Shown piece after piece: positions 35,861 to 41,403 of a stretch of 41,403 nucleotides of DNA. Both the position numbers and the translations under genes were made by a program. The notes below the pieces were generated by a model. That model did not search any database and had not been told where the DNA came from. It saw only the letters and a list, made by a program, of their open reading frames with translations. Positions within the stretch are counted from its first letter, which is position 1. Every line of letters begins with the position of its first letter. This DNA comes from a virus (lineage: Duplodnaviria > Caudoviricetes): the IMG/VR virus record IMGVR_UViG_3300011335_000494, positions 1 through 41,403 of that record. The stretch is one strand, 5' to 3'.

Positions 35861-36404
35861 TGCGGTTGCCCAACAGTATTCGTTGGGTGTTGTAACAGAT
35901 CCAATCAACGGCCACGAAATGCACACGGGCTGGCTTTCTATCCCATACATCACAGCTAATGGTCTATGTGTTGGCTTTAAGTTCAGACGATTAGATGAAG
36001 GCAAACCCAAGTACGGATCTCCAATGGGTCAGAAGGCACACCTATACAACGTAGGTGATATAACTATTGATAGCTCTTACATTGCAGTATGCGAAGGTGA
36101 GTTAGATACGGTGGTCTTGTCTGGTTTAGTTGGCATACCAGCAGTAGGTGTACCTGGAGTTCAGGCTTGGAAGCCACACTTTGTTAAGCTCTTTGCAGGT
36201 TATGACAACATCTTTGTTATTGGTGACAATGATATCAAAGAAGATGGCACTAACCCAGGTGCAGACTTCTCAAGGCGTGTCGCACAAGAGGTGACAAATA
36301 GTACAATAGTAACATTACCCCCATCAATGGACATCAATGACTACTACTTAGCCAATGGTGTAGATGCAACTAGAGCTTTGCTACTAGGTGAGAAGGATGA
36401 GTAG
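35754..36404 (+). CDS. DNA primase Toprim part
   Basis: YLEGRGI, IPY, KFRRL..PKY, VCEGELD, GDND. Confidence 0.88.
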   Translation: MPSIVQSKSLLEAANHYSQAINEEALNYLEGRGISDAVAQQYSLGVVTDPINGHEMHTGWLSIPYITANGLCVGFKFRRLDEGKPKYGSPMGQKAHLYNVGDITIDSSYIAVCEGELDTVVLSGLVGIPAVGVPGVQAWKPHFVKLFAGYDNIFVIGDNDIKEDGTNPGADFSRRVAQEVTNSTIVTLPPSMDINDYYLANGVDATRALLLGEKDE

Positions 36405-36513
36405 AGACGAATGGTTACAAATGGTACAGATTTTGCAGCATATGGGCTTCCAGATCCTGGAGATCAATATGGAAACCGAGACTTTATTAGTCCGTCCAAC
36501 ACCAGCAAGGTAG
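36397..36513 (+). CDS. Possible 38-aa protein overlapping the next gene (MSRDEWLQMVQILQHMGFQILEIN...)
   Basis: Start overlaps the primase end; amphipathic, protein-like sequence. Confidence 0.4.
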   Translation: MSRDEWLQMVQILQHMGFQILEINMETETLLVRPTPAR

Positions 36514-36812
36514 ATGAGGCGTTCGTCGCAGATGTCTGGCGCATTATGGATCAGGCTGGTAACTTACTGGTGCGTAAGCATCACGACTACGGTCCAAAGA
36601 ACATTGCTCATTCACCAGGTGGACCACTTAATGGTTTGCGTGTACGTATGTGGGACAAGATAGCTCGCATCAACAACTTATTAGACTCTGGCGTTAAGCC
36701 AAGCAACGAGTCATTACGTGACTCATTCATAGACCTATTGAACTACTCAGCTATTGCGATGATGGTACTAGATGGCAAGTGGCCAGAGGTTCTAGAGGCA
36801 GACTGTGACTGA
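36411..36812 (+). CDS. DUF1599/nucleotide-modification-associated domain protein
   Basis: KHHDYG..NI...VRMWDKIARI.NL...NESLRDSFIDLLNYS. Confidence 0.8.
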   Translation: MVTNGTDFAAYGLPDPGDQYGNRDFISPSNTSKVDEAFVADVWRIMDQAGNLLVRKHHDYGPKNIAHSPGGPLNGLRVRMWDKIARINNLLDSGVKPSNESLRDSFIDLLNYSAIAMMVLDGKWPEVLEADCD

Positions 36813-37437
36813 ACTACATAAATCTATCTACGACATAGCACCAAGTGTTGCAAGTGCAATAGCACGACGCTTTCGTGGCTACGTAGAACGAGATGATGTC
36901 CTGCAAGAGTGCCTTGCTTGGGCATTAACACGTGGTAGACAGTTCGACGAGATGCTTAATGAACCCAACGCAGTTCAACGTGTCATCAACGAGAAGCGTA
37001 TTGCTTGGCAGATGAAGCGTACTGCTGAGCGTTATGCTCGCAAAGAGAAGGCGGCTAAGTCTGGCTATCGCACAGGTGATGAAGCCTTTTACGATACAGC
37101 TATGATCGCACAGGTCTTGCCTCACGTGATTGCATCCATTGTAGATGGCACAGTATTAGAACAAGCACAGAACCTTATCAACGATGGTTCACCTAAGAAG
37201 CCTAGCGTTCCAGCAGAAGGTGGCAACCTGCTTGCTACCCTGATAGATGTCAAGCGTTCTTATCTGAAGCTGGAAGTAGAAGACCAGACTATCCTTCGCT
37301 TGCGCTACCACGAAGGACAGACCTTGCAACAGGTGGCAAACCTCTTAGAGTGTGCAGTATCTACCGCAGATCGCAGATGCACCAGCGCATTACGCAAGGT
37401 TCAGAATGGTTTAGGCGGTGACAACCCGTGGCAATGA
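36805..37437 (+). CDS. Sigma70-like (region 2 and region 4) transcription factor
   Basis: ERDDVLQE region-2-like segment; ILRLRYHEGQTLQQVANLLE...RRCTSALRKV HTH. Confidence 0.75.
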   Translation: MTELHKSIYDIAPSVASAIARRFRGYVERDDVLQECLAWALTRGRQFDEMLNEPNAVQRVINEKRIAWQMKRTAERYARKEKAAKSGYRTGDEAFYDTAMIAQVLPHVIASIVDGTVLEQAQNLINDGSPKKPSVPAEGGNLLATLIDVKRSYLKLEVEDQTILRLRYHEGQTLQQVANLLECAVSTADRRCTSALRKVQNGLGGDNPWQ

Positions 37438-37661
37438 CACACAATGAATTACTAGAAAAAGCACAGAGCGAAAGCGCAGATAGAGGTGGCGCAAGTATTG
37501 CCGCGCTTATTGCAGTAGTAAAATTGCATAAGGTTTTATTGGTAAAAGATTATGAGAACGATACTGACTGGTACGAATGTCAGGAATGTACGCGTGGGAT
37601 TAGTCCAAGTATTGCCTACCCTTGTCCAACTATTCAGGCTATTGAGAAGGAGTTGGGATGA
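37434..37661 (+). CDS. MTHxELL...CPTIQAIEKEL protein, copy 2
   Basis: Paralogue of 32053-32295. Confidence 0.75.
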   Translation: MTHNELLEKAQSESADRGGASIAALIAVVKLHKVLLVKDYENDTDWYECQECTRGISPSIAYPCPTIQAIEKELG

Positions 37662-38041
37662 AAGAGTTAGATCTATTCTTATTCCTAATGGACAGTAAGT
37701 ACCCTGACCTACAAAAGTCAGAGGGTATCTACGACTCCTTCGATTGCATTAGCCGTGACTCTGGTGCATACATAGAGTTGAAGTGTCGCAACACTCACTA
37801 TCCCACGTTACTGATTGAAGAGATGAAGTACCGCAAGTTGATTACCCAGGCAGCAGAGCGAGATCTCACCCCGTTCTACATTAACTCGACTCCAGAAGGG
37901 GTCTTTTCTTTTGACCTAATGGAAGTAGCAGAACCAGAATGGTTTAGTCATTGGATGCCAGCTACTACTGAGTTCTCACGTTCTAACAAGGTCAGTAAGT
38001 TAGTAGGTTATCTACCTATCGAAGAGGCGGTGAAGCTCTGA
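37658..38041 (+). CDS. PD-(D/E)XK-like nuclease
   Basis: FDC...YIELKCR...LLIE..KY. Confidence 0.65.
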   Translation: MKELDLFLFLMDSKYPDLQKSEGIYDSFDCISRDSGAYIELKCRNTHYPTLLIEEMKYRKLITQAAERDLTPFYINSTPEGVFSFDLMEVAEPEWFSHWMPATTEFSRSNKVSKLVGYLPIEEAVKL

Positions 38042-38214
38042 TGCAGTATGACTATCGTTGCACAGAATGCAATAGTGAATTAACTATAGAACGATCTATC
38101 CACGAGGATCCACGCGAACCTTCTTGCTTTGATTGCCACGTCCCTATGGTACGTAAGTGGGACTCACCTGCTATCACCTTCAAGGGTAAGGGATTTTATT
38201 CTACGGGTGGATAG
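38041..38214 (+). CDS. FmdB-like zinc-ribbon protein, 57 aa
   Basis: MQYDYRCTEC...CFDC...M.R.....ITFKGKGFYST. Confidence 0.8.
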   Translation: MQYDYRCTECNSELTIERSIHEDPREPSCFDCHVPMVRKWDSPAITFKGKGFYSTGG

Positions 38215-38262
38215 TGTTATGATTTGAGTACGTCGTGGCACCCGCCACGGAGTGCTGGCAAC

Positions 38263-38293
38263 AAGCTCTAGTCTTTAATGGCTAGGGCTTTTT
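38263..38293 (+). terminator. Intrinsic terminator, plus strand
   Basis: AAGCTCTAGTC/GGCTAGGGCTT stem followed by a T-run. Confidence 0.75.
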
Positions 38294-38302
38294 GTCTTTG
38301 GC

Positions 38303-38345
38303 AAACAAAGAACCCCACTGCGGAAGGGTGCAGTAGGGTTCTTTG
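38303..38345 (-). terminator. Terminator-like hairpin ending the early operon
   Basis: CAAAGAACCCTACTGC/GCAGTGGGGTTCTTTG stem followed by TTTG, at the convergence point. Confidence 0.65.
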
Positions 38346-38376
38346 GGCCAAGGAAGGAAGGCGTGTGCAGACTATA

Positions 38377-38853
38377 TCATAAAGGTTTCATAATAACTAT
38401 TGCTGATGGGAATGGCGCTGAGTTTTTTTGATCTCCAAACTTAAGCCGTCCCTTAATGAAACGTATGTCGTGGTGTATAACACTGTCCCACCACCATTGG
38501 GTGTCAGTACGTGAGGGTACCAAGCAGACGACTGTTGTACCTGCTTTACTTTCCTCATTAGCTTTAGCCATAAATGATTTAATCGCTCTTCCGTACGGTG
38601 GATTAAGCCACACGGTTCCACCGTTACTATCGTCATACCAGTTGCGAGTGAGCGCATCTTGACGTGACGACTCAGGATGATCTGGTCCGTACCAGTTACT
38701 CGGTACCAAAGTGGATACCTGCAAAGCGGCAGCGTCCAATACAAAATGAAACTCCCTGTCAAGTGCATCGAAAGTATCTCGTGGAGTTGTCCAACTATCT
38801 TGCTTGGAACTTTTGAGTCCGTCATTAAACATCCCTGCCACTATCAATACCAT
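38377..38853 (-). CDS. Phage DNA N6-adenine methyltransferase (Dam-like, PF05869 type); alternative start ATG 38832
   Basis: WTTP..F..LD.EF.F.LDAAA, WLNPPYG, LVPSRTDTQWW, GRLKF, APFPS. Confidence 0.9.
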   Translation of the reverse strand: MVLIVAGMFNDGLKSSKQDSWTTPRDTFDALDREFHFVLDAAALQVSTLVPSNWYGPDHPESSRQDALTRNWYDDSNGGTVWLNPPYGRAIKSFMAKANEESKAGTTVVCLVPSRTDTQWWWDSVIHHDIRFIKGRLKFGDQKNSAPFPSAIVIMKPL

Positions 38854-39272
38854 CCTCTTCTGTCGCTATGTTTGAGAGCGCGACACGCAGATTTTCCGTA
38901 GCGGTGTTCAATGTATCGTAAACCGTGAAGGACTTGTAGTTCAGGTTCTCTACTACGTTCTCCAAGGAGTTGAGCAATTCCGTAAGCTGACGAAGTTGGT
39001 TTGCCCTTAGAGTTCTTTGGGCTAGCAAGGTGGTCGAACCTGGACTCACGGGTCCAAAGTCTGACGAGACACTTGACCTGTTGTGTGCTGTAGCCAAGTG
39101 CTCGTGCGTAACTAATTGTAAGTGCCTTGTTCTCACGCTTCTCCTCCATTGTTGCCTTGGTCTGTATCGGTTTGGGTAAGGGTAATTCCCCTAGCCTTTG
39201 CACGTGCAATAGTACGAGGGCTAGCAGTAGAGCCGTTAAGATCAATCCACGTCTTGCCTTCTTGTTCATCAC
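38844..39272 (-). CDS. Membrane-anchored lytic transglycosylase (SLT-like)
   Basis: N-terminal TM; CL..LWTRES, SSAYGIAQ, GLRYIEHRYG, GWY. Confidence 0.85.
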   Translation of the reverse strand: MMNKKARRGLILTALLLALVLLHVQRLGELPLPKPIQTKATMEEKRENKALTISYARALGYSTQQVKCLVRLWTRESRFDHLASPKNSKGKPTSSAYGIAQLLGERSREPELQVLHGLRYIEHRYGKSACRALKHSDRRGWY

Positions 39273-39417
39273 TCACCTTCTCCTTCTCCAGCAATTCTTT
39301 GTAGTCCTCTGGGTGTAGGTGAGAGAGCTTGATTAACGCCCTGTCCCTAGCTCTTCGATAGTTACGGTAATAGACAGCTGCCTTTGCAGCACTGGCCAAT
39401 CTCTTCTCATCACTCAT
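39133..39417 (-). CDS. Hypothetical protein (RNYRRARDRAL..L...H)
   Basis: ORF track; ATGA coupling; 3' end overlaps the transglycosylase gene. Confidence 0.7.
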   Translation of the reverse strand: MSDEKRLASAAKAAVYYRNYRRARDRALIKLSHLHPEDYKELLEKEKVSDEQEGKTWIDLNGSTASPRTIARAKARGITLTQTDTDQGNNGGEA

Positions 39418-39665
39418 ACGCCTACCGCCAGTGCAGCAAAGATAACCTTGGTAATATCCAAAGGCTGACCTACCAAGTGAGCATCCTCTTCATCACTATC
39501 CCAGCCTGAGACTAGAACTCTGCAGTTGATAGGGCTTCTGCGTAGATATTCAATAGCTTCATTGGAACTATTGCCACCCCAGATCGCCACTCCCTTCTCA
39601 TCTACTACTTCATATAGGTTGATTAGATTAGACTGGCGTGGGTGGAATGCAATGACATCACTCAT
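39414..39665 (-). CDS. Hypothetical protein, 83 aa
   Basis: ORF track; coupled. Confidence 0.75.
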   Translation of the reverse strand: MSDVIAFHPRQSNLINLYEVVDEKGVAIWGGNSSNEAIEYLRRSPINCRVLVSGWDSDEEDAHLVGQPLDITKVIFAALAVGV

Positions 39666-39903
39666 TCTCCCCCTGCCCTTCTACTATATTTTTAACCTCA
39701 TCATTTATAGTTTTCTCAGGTAACTCTGAGGATAGTGAGATCTTTGAGAGAGCTTCGCCTAACGCTGTGCGCCAGTTGGTTGCCTCTCCCGCAGCTAGCA
39801 GCGTGGGTTCATCCCCGCTGAAATCAAATAGCTCTACCTTGTTGCGCTTCTTTCCTGCCTGTATCACCACTGTAATAACGTGGGTTGTTGTCTCTTCGCT
39901 CAC
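39658..39903 (-). CDS. Hypothetical protein, 81 aa
   Basis: ORF track; GGAAGG SD before GTG. Confidence 0.75.
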   Translation of the reverse strand: MSEETTTHVITVVIQAGKKRNKVELFDFSGDEPTLLAAGEATNWRTALGEALSKISLSSELPEKTINDEVKNIVEGQGENE

Positions 39904-40040
39904 TTACCTTCCCCCTTTGGGCAATCGTCATATGGATTTTCATTACCTTCATTATCTTCGCATAGGCAGAAGCTGAAATGCTCTACCTGCGTGGCGTGGG
40001 TTAGCTCAGCTAACTCTGACCAGCTTAGATCTACGCTCAT
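39900..40040 (-). CDS. 46-aa protein, allele B only (MSVDLSWSELAELTHATQVEHFSFCLCED...PYDDCP)
   Basis: Hand translation; TGATG and GTGA coupling. Confidence 0.75.
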   Translation of the reverse strand: MSVDLSWSELAELTHATQVEHFSFCLCEDNEGNENPYDDCPKGEGK

Positions 40041-40201
40041 CACTCACCCTTCCCTTCTGAATATGTATCGATCATAGATAGTGCATAGGTCATTCTCATT
40101 AGGTTCATCCCTGCTTCCTTCTCCGTCTCTTCATCCTGTATCTGTATCAGTGCAAGGTCACGACATAGATCGGCCTTAGCCTTCCAGTATTCTTTATTCA
40201 T
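40040..40201 (-). CDS. Allele of 145-306
   Basis: Near-identical sequence. Confidence 0.8.
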   Translation of the reverse strand: MNKEYWKAKADLCRDLALIQIQDEETEKEAGMNLMRMTYALSMIDTYSEGKGE

Positions 40202-40304
40202 TACTCTCCCCTTCCATTTCCTCTAGTGTATCGAACTCTTCACCCAACTCTTCACCCTCTTCTTCATAGAATGTAGGGTCATTTAACTCAGGTTCGTATC
40301 CCAT
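40194..40304 (-). CDS. Acidic peptide, allele of 434-538
   Basis: MGYEPELNDPTFYEEEGEELGEEFDTLEEMEGESNE. Confidence 0.7.
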   Translation of the reverse strand: MGYEPELNDPTFYEEEGEELGEEFDTLEEMEGESNE

Positions 40305-40654
40305 TACTCTTCACCCTTCTCCATAGTTGCATTCTTCTCCAATAGCTGGCTCACTAGCTCAGCTGCTGCCAGTACGCCAGCTGCGTGAGCTTCTTCCAGT
40401 GCCTTGTTACTGTATCGGCTGCAAGGAATAACACTTACTCGCGCCATAGTATCTTCAAACTGTCGCCACTTCTCCATTACGAAGCTGCCGCTATAGCTTA
40501 CGCTGCATTCTTTCACCACTGTAACGATAGCCTTGCTGCCCTTATAGTGAGAGGTATATACCTTCACCCTTCTCCCATTCTCTAGGTCATAGGTATCTAC
40601 TGCCTTGCGGCCTATGAAATCAGTGAACCTCTTGCACTCTGTAGCTGTAATCAT
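40304..40654 (-). CDS. Allele of 932-1285
   Basis: ORF track. Confidence 0.85.
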   Translation of the reverse strand: MITATECKRFTDFIGRKAVDTYDLENGRRVKVYTSHYKGSKAIVTVVKECSVSYSGSFVMEKWRQFEDTMARVSVIPCSRYSNKALEEAHAAGVLAAAELVSQLLEKNATMEKGEE

Positions 40655-40822
40655 TTACTTCCCTTCCTCTTCCTCGTTGATAGTTTCCTCGTATCGCTCT
40701 AATTCTATAAGCTGTAATGCTCTCTCCAGTAGGAAGATACTGTCTCGCACTTCCTTCTCTGTCGGGTTAGTAGTTAGGTTATGCGCCACAATATCCATTA
40801 AGTGAGCTGATGTCTGCGCCAT
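40655..40822 (-). CDS. 55-aa protein, allele B only (MAQTSAHLMDIVAHNL...)
   Basis: ATG 40822 coupled by TAATG. Confidence 0.75.
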   Translation of the reverse strand: MAQTSAHLMDIVAHNLTTNPTEKEVRDSIFLLERALQLIELERYEETINEEEEGK

Positions 40823-40977
40823 TACTTCCCCTGCCCTTCTGGGAAATAGCACTCTGAGATCGTCCCCCAGCACCATCCATCCCCCATCCAGTTAATATGC
40901 CCTGATAGATAGAATGCAGCTGCCATCAGTAATGCAATCGCTACTGCTCGCACTCTCTTTCCTCGCTTAGTAATCAT
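40822..40977 (-). CDS. Membrane protein, allele of 1286-1441
   Basis: Hand translation. Confidence 0.8.
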   Translation of the reverse strand: MITKRGKRVRAVAIALLMAAAFYLSGHINWMGDGWCWGTISECYFPEGQGK

Positions 40978-41331
40978 TTACTCTTCCTTCCCATTCACTG
41001 TATCCTGCCAAACCTTATTACCCCAATCAGTATGAGATCGGAAGCAGCTGCCATAGTAGGCCACCTCTCCCAAGTCCTCACAATATACGCCAGTAAGCTC
41101 GCCTTTGATAGTTACCTTACCGCTTCTAGTAAATAGTCTGCGTACTGTATAGGTATCACTCCAAGCAAGATCAATAGTTAAGCTGTATCCGTTACTTATC
41201 GGCAGCGTTACTCCAGTGCTGCGCTTAGTTACTCTCCCGCCACTTATGGCGAAGAGGTTATTTATTCCAAGCTGCGACAGCAGCTCTTCAGTATTGCAAG
41301 GCCTGAACTCTTCTAGCTTCACTGCTTCCAT
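40978..41331 (-). CDS. Allele of 1442-1795
   Basis: ORF track. Confidence 0.85.
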   Translation of the reverse strand: MEAVKLEEFRPCNTEELLSQLGINNLFAISGGRVTKRSTGVTLPISNGYSLTIDLAWSDTYTVRRLFTRSGKVTIKGELTGVYCEDLGEVAYYGSCFRSHTDWGNKVWQDTVNGKEE

Positions 41332-41403
41332 TACGCTACCGCCTTTGTATAGATACCATAGACAGCGTACAGCTTAGCGATCCGCTTTACTGCAGCAGCT
41401 GTC

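Larger units (their letters stand above)
39759..41403. repeat. Right copy (allele B) of the non-identical terminal redundancy
   Basis: See 1-1867. Confidence 0.95.

Noticed and set aside
36411-36812. DNA hypermodification pathway
   Set aside because: The DUF1599-type gene stands alone, with no thymidylate-synthase-like, kinase or polymerase genes
38825-39136. Alternative-frame ORFs over the methyltransferase and transglycosylase genes, and similar short shadow ORFs inside terL, portal and capsid
   Set aside because: They are nested in genes with clear motifs and lack SD or coupling support

Overview
This is an essentially complete, circularly permuted genome (~39.5-39.8 kb unit) of a tailed dsDNA phage with podovirus-like organisation: no tape measure, large internal-virion genes, and adaptor and nozzle tail genes. 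WhiB, a split primase, a sigma-like factor and TANNNT promoters point to an Actinobacterial host; small freshwater Actinobacteria (acI type) are plausible but inferred. Layout: (i) a minus-strand early operon starting at a sigma70-type promoter (~3070-3098), running left to base 1 and continuing from 41403 to 38377, with many micro-genes, an ArdC-like protein, a lytic transglycosylase and an N6-adenine methyltransferase; (ii) an AGCT-dense non-coding tract (3040-3450) and a control region; (iii) plus-strand packaging, virion and lysis genes (3839-30674); (iv) a plus-strand replication/regulation operon (31089-38214). I found no DNA polymerase, integrase, tRNA or CRISPR array. The contig ends (1-1867 and 39759-41403) are two different alleles of the same early region, probably an assembly bubble of co-existing strains. 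Strongest signals: (1) a polarised AGCT(G) array and gradient over the early end, while CATG and CCGG appear absent genome-wide; (2) gene-precise cassette swapping in the early region; (3) a repeated structured intergenic element with a covarying hairpin; (4) symmetric GACAC-TANNNT leaderless divergent promoters, suggesting WhiA/WhiB co-option; (5) duplicated 17-18 aa Cys/Lys micro-ORFs; (6) the same small domain inserted in both capsid and tail nozzle. All counts were made by eye, no searches were run, and family names come from motif recognition.
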